Source of the DNA: Octopus vulgaris
Lineage: Eukaryota
Direction: 5' to 3'
Assembly (NCBI GenBank): GCA_951406725.2
Contig: OX597814.1
Coordinates: 165,168,001 to 165,232,000 of the forward strand
Length of the DNA: 64,000 bases
Shown: piece by piece, positions 29,799 through 41,897 of the stretch
How the letters are laid out: every line of letters starts with the position of its first letter
How positions within the stretch are numbered: position 1 is the first letter of the stretch
Notes under the pieces: model-generated
Seen by the model: the letters and a program-made list of their open reading frames with translations, nothing else
The model's database searches: none
What the model was told of the DNA's origin: nothing
Program-made: the position numbers and the translations under genes

Positions 29799-30612
29799 AG
29801 GCGGCGAGCTGGCAGTTAGCACGCAGGGCGAATTAGCGGTATTTCGTCTGTCGTTACGTTTGAGTTCAAATTCCACCGAGGTCGACTTTGGCTTTCATCC
29901 TTTCGGGGTCGATACATTAAGTACCAGTTACGTACTGGAGTCGATGTAATCGACTTAATCCATGTCTGTTCTTGTTTGTCCCCTCTATGTTTAGCCCCTT
30001 ATGGGCAATAAGGAAATAAGAATCGTTAGCACGCCGGGCAAAATGCTTAGCGGCGTTGCGTTTGTCTTTATGTTCTGAGCTCAATCTCCACCGAGGTCGA
30101 CTTCGCTTTTCATCCTTTCCTGGTCGATAAAATAAGTACCAGCTGACTACTGGAGCCGATGTTATCGACTGTTTACCTCCCCCAATATTGCAGGCCTTTG
30201 GTCTTATAGTAGAAAGGATTATTTCATATTATTGATTTCAAATTTTGACACAAGTCCAGCAATTCAGGAGAGAGGATAAGTCGATTAAATCGATCCCAGT
30301 GTTCAACTAGTATTTATTTTATCGACCTCGAAAGGATGAAAGGCAAAGTCGACTCCGGCAGCATTTGAACTCGTAACGTAAGAAGATTATTTCTTAATAT
30401 TAGCTACTTGGAGGCGGCGAGCTGGCAGAGTCGTAAGCATATCGGGCAAAATGCTTAGCGGCATTTCGTCTGCCTTTACGTTCTGGGTTCAAATGCCCCC
30501 GGCGTCGACTTTGCCTTTCGTCTTTTGGGGTCAATAAAATTTGTACCAGTTGAACAATCGACTTAATCTTTTCCCCCAAATTGCTGGCCTTGTGCCAAAA
30601 TTTAAAACCAAT
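29799..30612. mobile_element. SINE A cluster: + dimer (29799-30220), - copy (30235-30380), + copy (30411-30612)
   Basis: Repeated heads GGCGGCGAGCTGGCAG and central domains; dimer junction GCAATAAGGAAATAAGAATCGTTAGC. Confidence 0.88.
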
Positions 30613-30729
30613 ATTAGTTACTTGTTGGTTGCATCACTGTTCAAGGTATTGTCTTCGGGAGATAATACACTTATCCTCTAACAAAGACACCTTATCCGTG
30701 TGCTAATGTATAACATGCTTAATATTGTT

Positions 30730-31640
30730 ATATGGGTGGTTGTATTGTGTGTATATGTAGAACAGGGGCTGCTTGTTTTCATTTATATGATTTTGATTTT
30801 AGGTCAAATATGATGTTCAGGAAGTTGTCCGTTGTCAGATACTCCTTGACCATCACTTTTAGGCTGAATTTGTTGAAGATTGTAATTACTGGTACCCGAG
30901 GGTGTCAAAAGTGTACTTACTAGTTCTATTCAAATTCATGTCTCTGTCAACCCTGTACAAACCCACAATAATAACATAAAAAGAATTCTTCGTTTCGTTG
31001 AGCTGGAACAAACCTATCAGCTCATATAATGTGGTCGCATCAAAATTAATCCTAGTGACACAAAATCGACTATTTCGGAATTCGTAATCCAGTAAGCATT
31101 TTTATTTAAAATATCTCTTATGGTGTTACTTTTAGTCATATTAGTGTATTTTCTGGCGAAATCGATAGCTTTTCAAAGATTCTGGCTTATAGAATTCTAA
31201 CAATCAACTGGAGAAATCATTTGTTTTCATTGTCTTTACTCCTTGTGATAACTGAGGCGATATTGCTTCTCAAATTCAAATTCGTGTGTCTTTTCGTGTC
31301 CATGTTTATGCAAATTCGTTTTAATAACAATACAAACGTCTTTTTCTGTTAAGATTAATGAGTTTTGAATTTGGGTGAAATTTGCAAATTCTGTGACAGA
31401 TTTATTTTGTGGTCCTTCAGTGGGATGAAGGCTGGGAGTTTGCGAAGAATTCAGGTTATGTTTCAAGAAAAATTTTTTGTGGTTTTGTATTGATTTCATT
31501 GTTTGTGTTGCTTAGAGTTTACTAAGTTATTGTGTGTGTCTTTGCATACCTTGTATAGCTTTGTTTTGTCTTGTCAGCAAAATATACGTAAATAGATATT
31601 GCAAAGTTTATTTTTGATCTTAGCTTAGCTCTTGTAACAA
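30730..31640 (-). mobile_element. Decayed Penelope-like reverse transcriptase fragment
   Basis: Minus strand ADKT, KAIDFARKYT, LYELIGLF, IFNKFSLKV...NFLNIIFDL and YIH..NHP match PLE RT motifs (CELVGLY, NFLDVTLDL, SNHP). Confidence 0.7.
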
Positions 31641-32099
31641 TGGGAAGAGATGTACATAGATATATAGAGATATACATATGTATATATGTGTGTATGTGTA
31701 TGAATGTGTAGGTGTGTATTTTTATATGTGTATATGATATGTTTGTCATTTTTAAACTTTTTTACATGCGTATATTCCAAGACATTTGTTTTTACCAGCG
31801 TATTTTAATGTACTGAAAATATTTGAGTTACTCTTGCACTTAACACGAATAGTGATGTCTAGAAACACTGATTGAGCGTCGTACAAAATTAGCTGTGTTC
31901 CTTTTCGTTCTGATGTCAAATGCTACCGGAGGCAACTTTTCTTTCGTCTCTTTTGTGGCTTGTAAACTAAGAACTATTTGCAGGGAATAAAGGGCATTAT
32001 CTGGAACGTAACCTTCCTTTATTTTCCCCCTAAACTACTTCTTATGAAGGTACATAGCAACAAAAACAAAACCACCCCAATTATGATAACTTTATGAAA

Positions 32100-33250
32100 C
32101 CTATTATAAGGATATTGGATCACAGTTAAAGGCTTGGTTTCCCGGGAGAAATGTCGCCGATATAAAATGCGCTGTACCAGCCTAATTGGAAAAGTTTCGA
32201 CTACAGCCGGAAATCGCTAACACAATTTGGAAATCAACTGAAATGGCTCAACTGGGAAATTTAATCTGTTCCTGTATTTAACATTTTTTTCTATTATATT
32301 ATTTACCACCACTGTATAGCAAACAATTTGTCTCTGCTTATCCTTTTACGGCCATTACCAGAACCCAAGCGAAGTGATATCATACAAATCCATCACCCTC
32401 AATGTACATATTCAGATAGTCTAGAAGAACTAATGCTTGATATCAGTAACTCACACGTCTTACTCTCCAAATCCCAGCATGGATTTAGACTACAACACTA
32501 AACAAGTACGCTACCCGTAGAAAAGTAGAACTTGAAATATATATGATGCCTCCACCGACAAAACCTTCTCGCATGCACCATTCTAACTATCATCAACATC
32601 AGCCAAAAATTTTGATTTTGTTTCCCACAATCCACTCTCAAAGATATTCAACACTACCTTAAGAAGCATAAAATGCGAGACAGTAAACTACTTGTCCTAC
32701 TGTCACTTCCAGAACTCGCGCTTTCTGAATGAAGTACGTCAGGCATCAATTCTCTTCTTCACCTTTTTGAGCTTATACCTATTCACTGCCTTATATAACA
32801 TCTGGTGACTTCACATTTATATCCTATAATCATTTTCCAGGCATGTGGATAACTAAACCAGTACTATAGAAATTACTTAGAAACCTAAATTCAAAGCTAT
32901 AAATTTAATGTAGCACCTGCCGCATCCAGTTTCTTCCTTCTTATTGGAAACACCAAAGAAACACAACCGATCATCATACTCAATATAAACGTTCCGCACA
33001 GAAGACAAAAATACTAATAGTTGCATACAATACCTCCACAACATTCACAATGCGTATGACCTTTTGAGCAAACACAGGTTCCACACTTGGCCATCAAAAA
33101 CAAGCAATAATGGTGAACAAAGTATACTAGATCTGTATAGCAATCCTTCTTTGCCTCCAATCTTTCCGCAATAAAGCACAATAAACCAGAGATGTAGATA
33201 AAACCACATTCTATTATCACAGGTTGGACGTATATGAATAGACTGTTCAA
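32100..33250 (+). mobile_element. Decayed Jockey/I-group LINE RT fragment
   Basis: SKSQHGFRLQH, TILTIINIS.xFDxVSH and NEVRQASIL (degenerate GVPQGSxLS). Confidence 0.6.
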
Positions 33251-33519
33251 TACAGAGAATGTAACATAACTTGACTGTCATATTGCATTCCATACAATTC
33301 ATCGCAACATGTCGAATTTTGCTGTATCGTCCTCAAACAGAATTATGGATCGTGTTTGGACTGACAGATACGTGCCATAGAACCGTTCAGTCAGTGTTTA
33401 ACTAGAGTTACATAATAGGAACAGTAACAAGAACAGCATTCATTAACAGAGCAAATAATGAAAATAATACATGGTCAGATTGCAACCTGATACTGCATAT
33501 AAATCAAATTCCGCACGCT

Positions 33520-33710
33520 GCATTAGGCATCCACTTGCTAGAAATATCAGTCAAACCTTTCTCAAATCACATTTTATTGTCTCCAAAAGGAAAGGACATT
33601 TTTGGGTGGTGTAGCCCAAGATATAAAACGGTAAGGACAGCTGAGCTGAAATACTTTGATTATAGGTCTCCTCAATCAGGAATGACCTGGATCTAAAGAA
33701 CAATAATGGC
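33520..33710 (+). mobile_element. Diverged SINE-like family D (related fragments at about 29700-29755 and 62265-62350)
   Basis: Shared blocks ACTTGCTAGAAATA.CAG.CAAA and TTTGAT.ATAGGT...CTCAATCAG. Confidence 0.5.
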
Positions 33711-34215
33711 ACTTCATCATCTCTTGCTCGACATCATAACGCATCAACATCGTAATACATCATAATACCAACAGCCACCGCTACAGTAGCAGAAATTACA
33801 ACAGCAACAACAACAACAGCAATTTAATTCATAGCGAAATTGTATTTCGACATCTGGAAATAGAGAGTTTTAAAAACAATTCATTTTGACTGCCTTTAGA
33901 TAAGATCATATTCCGAAATATTTCCACATTGGAAATGTTAATATGTTTGTATAGACGTGACAGGGTGACAATATCATTGTTGTGTATTCCCATTGCGGAT
34001 TAAAACATTTAGCTTTCTGTTATGCTCTCTTGTTTAACTAAAACAAAACTAATAGCATAATCACAAAAATATACGTGTTTATTCTTCAGTTTTTCTTTTG
34101 GGCATTAATTTTTTAGAATTTTTCTTGTTATTAAAGGTTTTTGCTTTTATTTCTTTCTTCAGGATTTATTTTTACTCTAAGTTCGTTTTCTAATACTATT
34201 TTTAAGTCACATACG

Positions 34216-34293
<78 letters not shown>

Positions 34294-34567
34294 ATGACAC
34301 AATTGTTGTACGCATCAATACATTCATACTTAAGTATTTATATGACGTAATTATACATACATGTAAATATACATATATGAGTGGTTGTACGTGTATGTGT
34401 GTGTATGACTGTGATTATATTGAGCATTTCTAAACACACACGTATTTATGCATGATTTTGTAGATGTGTGCATATACGAAAATATGCTTGTATACGTATA
34501 AGTTACGTGTGTGTCCCTGCGTGTCTGTGTGCGCGCGCGCGTTTGTGCAATACATATAGATAGATAC

Positions 34568-34674
<107 letters not shown>

Positions 34675-34726
34675 AATATATAAGCCTTTTTTTAATTAAC
34701 ACTTGTCTTTCATTTTTGCCTCATCA

Positions 34727-35277
34727 AAATGCTTAGCCGTATTTCGTCTGCGTTACGTTCTGAGTTCAAATTCCGCCGAGGTCGACTTTGCCTTTCATCT
34801 CTTCGGGGTCGATAAATTAAGCACCAGTTACGCACTGGGGTCGATGTAATCGACTTAATCCGTTCGTCTGTCATGGTTTGTCCTCTCTGTGTTTAGCCAC
34901 TTGTGTGTAGTAAAGAAATAGGTATTTCGTTTGCCGTTACGTTCTGAGTTTAAATTCCGCCGAGGTCGAATTTGATTCTAATCCTTTCGGGGTCGATTAG
35001 ATAAGTACCTGTCACGCACTGGGGTCGATATGATCAACTTAATCCGTTTGTCTGTCCTTGTTTGTCCTCTCTGTGTTTAACCCCTTGTGGGTAGTAAAGA
35101 AATAAGTATTTCGTCTGCAGCTACGTTCTGAGTTCAAATTCTGCCGAGGTCGACTTTGCCTTTCATCCTTTCGGGGTCGATAAATTAAGTACCAGTTGTG
35201 TACTGGGGTTGATCTAATTGACTGACCCTCTCCCCCAAAATTTCGGGCCTTGTGCCTAGAGTAGAAAAGAATATATT
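34727..35277 (+). mobile_element. SINE family A head-to-tail trimer
   Basis: Junctions GTAGTAAAGAAATA(G/A)GTATTTCG twice; the last unit ends in the alternative tail CCCCCAAAATTTCGGGCCTTGTGCCTAGAGTAGAAAAG. Confidence 0.92.
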
Positions 35278-35299
35278 GAGCAGGAGTTTTTCTCTTAAC

Positions 35300-36200
35300 C
35301 ACAAGTATCGCTTTATTTTTTGATACATACAAAGTTAAATTCTCTTCTACAACACCAAATCTTGTGAATTCTATAGAATATAACAAAAGTAACACACACA
35401 ATATGAAATAAGCTTTCTCGATTCCCCTTCTAATCTGGATACAAAATCCAAAACATACAGCCACTACTTTAGTGCAAATATCCCGCGCAACAGTCGTTAA
35501 ATTGATAGTAATGATATAAAGGAGCATAATATATGATATGATAATCCTGTACAGCTTGTTAACAAGATAACAAATGAAATCAACACTAGTCATTCTCATC
35601 CTAAAGATACTCATAATAGCCTTGAATTCGAACTCTTTAAAATTCATCTATGTATATAGTAATATTAGAAAATCAAATAAGAAATTTAGAAAAAAAGTGA
35701 ACACGAAGATAACATAATTAATGGCAATAATGCCCTTAATAAATAAGTAACGATGGTTAACCATAAAATTTCTGACTTTTATCAGCACGAGACAAATTCA
35801 CAAAGCAGGGTCTTAAATTGTAACTGTAAAACAATTTCCATTGTCCCCTTTGAGGTAGCCGCTTAATACATATTATCTGAAGATTTTGTCTCATTGCGTC
35901 AGCAGATATCAGCTGCTAAATCTGATTTCTTTAAATACCGTTATGACTTACTTATACACAGTTTTAGGAATAAAAATGAGTACGTAAATCAACATATTTA
36001 ATTTTAACTTTCCTAATACAAAATATGAACTACACTAGCATAGCAATATCCACTTCTTAGCCTAGAAATAAGAAAATAATTTAAACTTTATTCTAATGAA
36101 GAGCTAAATATCTTATTGTGCAACAATTAATTAATGTAAAACATGAATACTCTTGCAAACATAAAGTTTTGAAATCGTTCAAATTTTATTAAAAGAACAT
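35300..36200 (+). mobile_element. Decayed Penelope-like fragment (RT C-terminus and GIY-YIG remnants)
   Basis: IWIQNP, CNCK..HCPL, FKYRY....HSFRNK and INVKHE.SCKHK parallel the 15.4-15.8 kb element. Confidence 0.55.
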
Positions 36201-36579
36201 TCTATCCAAGTAAAATAGTAAATGATTGTTCAAGTATATCCTTTCAGTTAACTCAAATATTATTAAATGCAACAATAATTAGCAAGATAAATCTCTAAGA
36301 ATATGGAAGCTTTCCAAATAACAGTGGAATAAAAGTACTTTATCTTCACTTTGTAAAATACGAAACATATACTTGTAAATTTCTATTATAAGTATTATAT
36401 TTTATTCATATTCCTGTATCCTGTTAACTAGAACTATATGTAAGTAAGTGTACACATTAATTCCAAATACATAACCAAATGATCAAATATATTAATTTCA
36501 TTTAAACTAGAATTGAATACTGTTTCAGAGGTTACAACTCTTTTACTCTTTCACAGCTCGTGAACCATGGCTTTGCTAG

Positions 36580-38170
36580 TACAACATCAATTGGTGCTAT
36601 TGCACCTTCATTAATCTTTCTTTATAAGTTGAAATTTGGTGAATGAATGAATCTGACGCTACTACCCTCCTTTGCATTTCATGCCATGGAGTTGGTTCAT
36701 CTGTGACTCTTGAAAGTAAGAGATCCAGTGTTGTCTTCAAAAAATCTACATCCACTCCATGTAGATCTCTCAATTCCTTTGAAAGGATATTGAGAAACTG
36801 TGGGCTCTTGAATTTAAAGCTACTGCAATATCTGGTCCTACATTTTGATGGCAAGAATAGGATCTTTGGCATTATGTAATAGCACAGCGTTCTGATGTTG
36901 ATATAACTTAGTAATGTGAAAGTTGAGTTCAAGTCCTTCTAGGATCTTCCTGGTGTATATTAAAGCATATCTTTCATACCTTCGTTCTAAGGGGTAAAGT
37001 TTTAACCTCTTGACCCGTGCCCAGTAGTTCATCTGCTGTAGTGAGACTATCTTCTTACTGTAGTCTTGTTGGGTTGATTCGAGTTTTGCTATTAACCTTT
37101 TACAATGCAGTGACCATAATTGAGGTCAATAGTTAAAAGGATTTCGGACTAATGTCATCCAGAGGACTATTATGTTTTCCTGTTCAATTGTTCTGAAAGT
37201 TCCATGAATTATCCGGCTAGCTGCCTACATTTCATTTCCAACTTAGTAATATGCACGTTGAAGGATGCATCATTACTTATTTCAATGCCCAGGTCACTCA
37301 CTAATTGTGATCCTTGGACTGCAATCCCTCCTGGTCCAGTTTATTTAATTCTTTATTGCCCTCAAGGAGCTAAACATAGAGGGTACAAACAAGGACAGAC
37401 AAATGGATTTAGTCGATTACATCGACCCCAGTGCGTAACTGGTACTTATTTAATCGACCCCGAAAGAATGAAAGGCAAAGTTAAAACCTCGCCGGAATTT
37501 GAACTCAGAACGTAGCGGCAGACAAAATACCGTTAAGCATTTCGCCCTGCGTGCAAACGATTCTACCAGCTCGCCGCCTTATTTGTCTACATTGCATTTA
37601 ACTGTGTCTGCTGATATCATGCTTGCATAGTATGGAATTTGCAATGGTCAAAGACCTGTTCTTGATTCCACTGTTATACTCCGCGAAGACTCATTTTGGA
37701 AGCCATCATCTCTAGCAAATACAGACTGTCATATTTCTTTTCAATGATCATACACCTACTAATCTGACGAGTCTCCTGATGTCTACAGTAGCAGCAGAAT
37801 CATTGACATCAACGACCCATACGACCTAGCAGTATAGGTAGCATGGATATAATTCCCTTACAACTAGCGATCGCTATCAATTTTCCGGCGGAGAAGTGTG
37901 TAATGATTTTTGAGGGTGATGTAATATTCCGCAATGTAGGTATTAATAAGCGTGGATTTTACATAAAACTGATATGTGAAACTGGTTTGCCTCATCAGAT
38001 CAGTTACAATGAATTCCACTTTAAAAGAAAACGGAACACTGAACGCTGGAATGGATGGACTCAACTGACCCAAACTTCAAGGACCTACGACCGTATAAGA
38101 ACGGTGATGGTAGATGTTGATGCCAAAATATAGGCAATACGGAACCCTCTCCACAGCCTTGTTGACTATT
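36580..38170 (-). mobile_element. Decayed CR1-like LINE ORF2 3' portion, interrupted by SINE A
   Basis: MNYWARVKRLKLYPLERRYERYALIYTRKILEGL and SFKFKSPQFLNILSKELRDLHGVDVDFLKTTLDLLLSRVTDEP. Confidence 0.75.
37348..37580 (-). mobile_element. SINE family A monomer
   Basis: Near-consensus sequence. Confidence 0.92.
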
Positions 38171-38407
38171 GTCATAACTGTTGTCACTACATTCCTTTTA
38201 CGTCTATATTTCATTATATACAAGATCGACCCCAAACTATATTGACTTCATTTACGAAAAAAGTTCGATAAGCTGATATATTGGAATTGTCTCATTTGCT
38301 GCAGATTTTAGATCTTTAGCATCTACTGAGGGAGTTTTTATCTTCTAATTGCAAGGATAATCTCAGTTAACTGAAGTTTTTCAAATCAGTGGCAAATGTG
38401 AAAATAT

Positions 38408-38547
<140 letters not shown>

Positions 38548-38579
38548 CATATATAGAACAAGGCCAACATTTTACCTAA

Positions 38580-38894
38580 GTTTGCATTGCATCGGAGAAT
38601 TTGATTTACTTAATTACATGCTCAGGATGCAAACGGCAATATATTGGACACACAAAATACAGCCTACGTCAGAGGATGGCGGTGCACAAATCCCAGATTA
38701 GAATTCCGGAATACAGGAAAATATATGTCAACGAACACATAGACAGATGTGCATCGAATAAATATCCCAAATTCACAACTTTTCCATTATACAAATTCAA
38801 AGACAGTGCTAGCCAAAATTAACGTATTAGCAAGGAAATGCATTTCATAAGAAAGTATCGACCGAGTCTAAATTCTTTAAGCTCGGAACACTGA
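38580..38894 (+). pseudogene. GIY-YIG endonuclease domain of a 5'-truncated Penelope-like element (one in-frame stop)
   Basis: [34 protein letters not shown]...VNEHIDRC...FTTFPLYK...SQN*RISKEMHFIRKYRPSLN; IY-x-YIG, conserved R, E and terminal LN are all present. Confidence 0.88.
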
Positions 38895-39116
38895 AACTAT
38901 ATGTATATTATTCATAAGAAATAAAGCTGAGAGATTAAATAAATCCATTTCTGTGAAGACCTCAGGGGAGATAACTTTACGATAACTTTACGACGACTAT
39001 TATGGCTACTACTGCTTATTTGACTATTGCGGTCATTTTGAAAACATATATATATATATATAGGAGATGTATTTGCATAGCAAGTGATTTGATCTGAGAT
39101 CGTTTGTTGAAACGAA

Positions 39117-39347
39117 AACAATTGCAGCGTGGAAGGTGTTTGTAAGCCATTTAAGAAACACACAAAAGCCGTTCGATTCACTTCAACATTTAAGTTTAAT
39201 TTGTCAAAATATTTTTGTCTGTGTACAGGTCGCGGTCTTATAGCGACAAAAATATTTTGACAAATTAAACTTAAATGTTGAAGTGAATCGAACGGCTTTT
39301 GTGTGTTTCTTAAATGGCTTACAAACACCTTCCACGCTGCAATTGTT
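39117..39347. repeat. Perfect 103-bp inverted repeat with 25-nt spacer (probable inverted PLE pseudo-LTR end)
   Basis: Arms 39117-39219 and 39245-39347 are reverse complements by eye; TA tracts lie nearby on both sides. Confidence 0.93.
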
Positions 39348-39490
39348 ATATATATATATATATAGTAAAGTAAATTGTATTAAACACACACAGACACACA
39401 CAGTACTATACATATGTGCATATACATAAAGAGAAACAATCTTACATCCAGATTCTCCAACCCATACCGGCACGGGAATCAGACATTGGA

Positions 39491-40310
39491 TTGAAAGAAC
39501 TGAATAGTGGTATAGATGTCAACACAATTTTTTCTTCTTCCTCTCTTCCTTCTTTCTTTCCTTCTCTTTTCCATTGACACCCCTTTTCAGATACACAGGC
39601 ACCCACACACACACACTCTCTCTCACTGGACAATGAGGAAAACAAATCCAGACAATTTTTTGAAAAATAACACTTATCAAAACAAGACCCACCTTGGAGT
39701 AGGCACCTGGTTTTGCCATTTTTAAAGGCTAAGAATCACTTTCTATTGAAAGAACTGACCAGCTGCATAGATGTAAACACATTTTTTATTCTTTCTTTCC
39801 TTCTCTTTTCCATTGACACTCCTTTCAGATACACAGGCACCCACACACATAGGCACACATACACACACAAAACCACACACACACTCTCTCTCACTGGACA
39901 ATGATAAAAAGAAATCCAGACAACTTTTGCCATTTCTAAAGGCCAAGAATCACTTTCTATTGAAAGAACTGACCAGCTGTAAACACATTTTTCTTCTTTC
40001 TCTCTTCTTTCTTCTTTTCATTCTCTTTTCCATTGACAATCCTTTCAGATACAAAGGCACACGCGCGCGCGTGCACTCTCTCTCACTTTCTCCCCATTCC
40101 TCACTCTCTTTTACTATCCTATATCTCTCTCCACCCCTACACACTTAATAATACTATAAAAAGAGACGAATCTCCTCAAAAAATTCAATCTGATGAATCC
40201 ACTAGAGTGGATGCAAGCGCTAACATATGATTTATAAAAACATGTGACATATTAATAAAAATCTGTAAATACAAAACCATCCAGATTTCTGAGTACCTCA
40301 TTTCTTCTAA
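39491..40310 (+). mobile_element. Probable PLE 3' region/pseudo-LTR with ~215-255-bp tandem triplication, TATA-like box, hammerhead-like motif and AATAAA
   Basis: Units start TTGAAAGAACTGA at about 39491, 39746 and 39960; TATAAAA at about 40155; CTGATGA at 40190; AATAAA at about 40254. Confidence 0.55.
40190..40222 (+). ncRNA. Minimal hammerhead-like motif with a mutated core (GCAA for GAAA)
   Basis: CUGAUGA-AUCCAC(UAGA)GUGGAU-GCAA-GCGC-UA; 6-bp helix II and palindromic helix III AGCGCU; helix I is poor. Confidence 0.55.
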
Positions 40311-40660
40311 CATATAATACCTGTACATCATCTCCAAACCTTCTAATATACATACATATATATATATACAGGTCTTCGTCGACTTACGACCTATCCGTCT
40401 TACGACCGATCGACTTTACATCAGCTAACAAGCGCTTACCTTATGCTTGGTTATCGATTGCCACAGTGGTTAGCCCGAGTGCTGGTTGAATATTCTGTCG
40501 TGGAGACATCGAGGCAACCTCGTATTTGTTTATAAGATGACTGCTTGAGACTCCGAAAGTTTTGACTAACGCCAGGCTCAACAGAACACAACTCTTCCGG
40601 TGACTGTGTGTGTCTTGTCTATGATTTTTTGTTTTCAAAAAATAATCCTTAAAATGTCTA

Positions 40661-41062
40661 CTCTCTCTTTTACTCTTTTATTCTTTTACTTGTTTCAGTC
40701 ATTTGACTGCGGCCATGCTGGAGCACCGCCTTTAGTCGAGCAAATCGACCCCGGGACTTATTCTTTGTAAGTCCAGTACTTATTCTATCGGTCTCTTTTG
40801 CCGAACCGCTAAGTGACGGGGACGTAAACACACCAGCATCGGTTGTCAAGCAATGCTAGGGGGACAAACACACATACACAAACATATATATATATACATA
40901 TATACGACGGGCTTCTTTCAGTTTCCGTCTACCAAATCCACTCACAAGGCATTGGTCGGCCCGGGGCCATAGCAGAAGACACTTGCCCAAGATTCCACGC
41001 AGTGGAACTGAACCCGGAACCATGTGGCTGGTTAGCAAGCTACTTACCACACAGCCACTCCT
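40661..41062 (-). mobile_element. SINE family B nested in the Tigger element
   Basis: Near full-length consensus on -; short duplication CTAC. Confidence 0.93.
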
Positions 41063-41404
41063 ACAACGAGGAAATTTTCTTCATCTGCTCCTCAAACTGC
41101 CAAGAAACAAAGAACGGCCATGGACCTCGGCACGAAAATGATGGTGATTAGACAGTACGAACGAGGAAAGAAAGTGAATGAAATCGCACGTGAACTGAAA
41201 TTATCACACTCTAATGTTTTGACAATTTTGAAGGATAAAGAAAAGATTCGTCAAGCTGGGAAAGGTTCCGAACCCATGCGATTTAAGTTATGATAAAGCA
41301 GAGGACTGGGCCCATCCAAAAGATGGAAAAATTGCTACAGATTTGAATTGACGATCAGATCTCAAAACAGCCACCGTTAACTCTTTTTACTCTGCAGTCA
41401 AAGG
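41063..41404 (+). pseudogene. Tigger transposase N-terminus (HTH-psq and CENP-B-type HTH)
   Basis: KKQRTAMDLGTKMMVIRQYERGKKVNEIARELKLSHSNVLTILKDKEKI, then after a frameshift KMEKLLQI*IDDQISKQPPLTLFTLQSK. Confidence 0.9.
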
Positions 41405-41582
41405 TTGTAGTACTGTTTTAGTACTTTTGTAGTATACTACAGAATGCTATGTGTGACTTTTACCTGAGAATGTAGCTTAATACCTTAAGAATGTAAGAAT
41501 ACAACTCGAGGTTAAGTAGGCCTATAGGCCGACTTACGACCAGTCAGTCGGAACCAATTGTGGTCGTAAGTCGACGACGACC

Positions 41583-41615
<33 letters not shown>

Positions 41616-41619
41616 GAAA

Positions 41620-41659
<40 letters not shown>

Positions 41660-41662
<3 letters not shown>

Positions 41663-41897
41663 TGTATCAACTCCAGACTATCAAATGTTGTTAAACACCG
41701 CTGGTCACAATGCGCTTCCTTGCATTGTTGTAGCTTTCAAATGATGCCACCCTACTGGCTAGGCAGGCAAACCGACATTCCCTCTGTGCAGTAGAGTGTT
41801 TTACTCAAGAGCACAACAATGTACCGCAGATCTGGAAATTGAAACTACAATCTTGTGATCATAAGTGCAACACACTAAACGCTTGGCCAAACGCCTT
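41660..41897 (-). mobile_element. SINE family C (tRNA-derived head, CORE-like block), diverged
   Basis: Minus strand GAAGGCGTTTGGCCAAGCG...GTTTCAATTTCC...TGTGCTCTTGAGTAAAACACT. Confidence 0.6.

Larger units (their letters stand above)
40369..41584 (+). mobile_element. Tigger/pogo-family internally deleted DNA transposon
   Basis: 23-bp TIRs CAGGTCTTCGTCGACTTACGACC / GGTCGTAAGTCGACGACGACCTA, TA flanks, and transposase N-terminal remnant inside. Confidence 0.92.

Noticed and set aside
35039-35647. 202-aa minus-strand ORF (and the similar 219-aa ORF at 56010-56669)
   Set aside because: These are chance read-throughs across a SINE A copy and adjacent decayed retroelement sequence.
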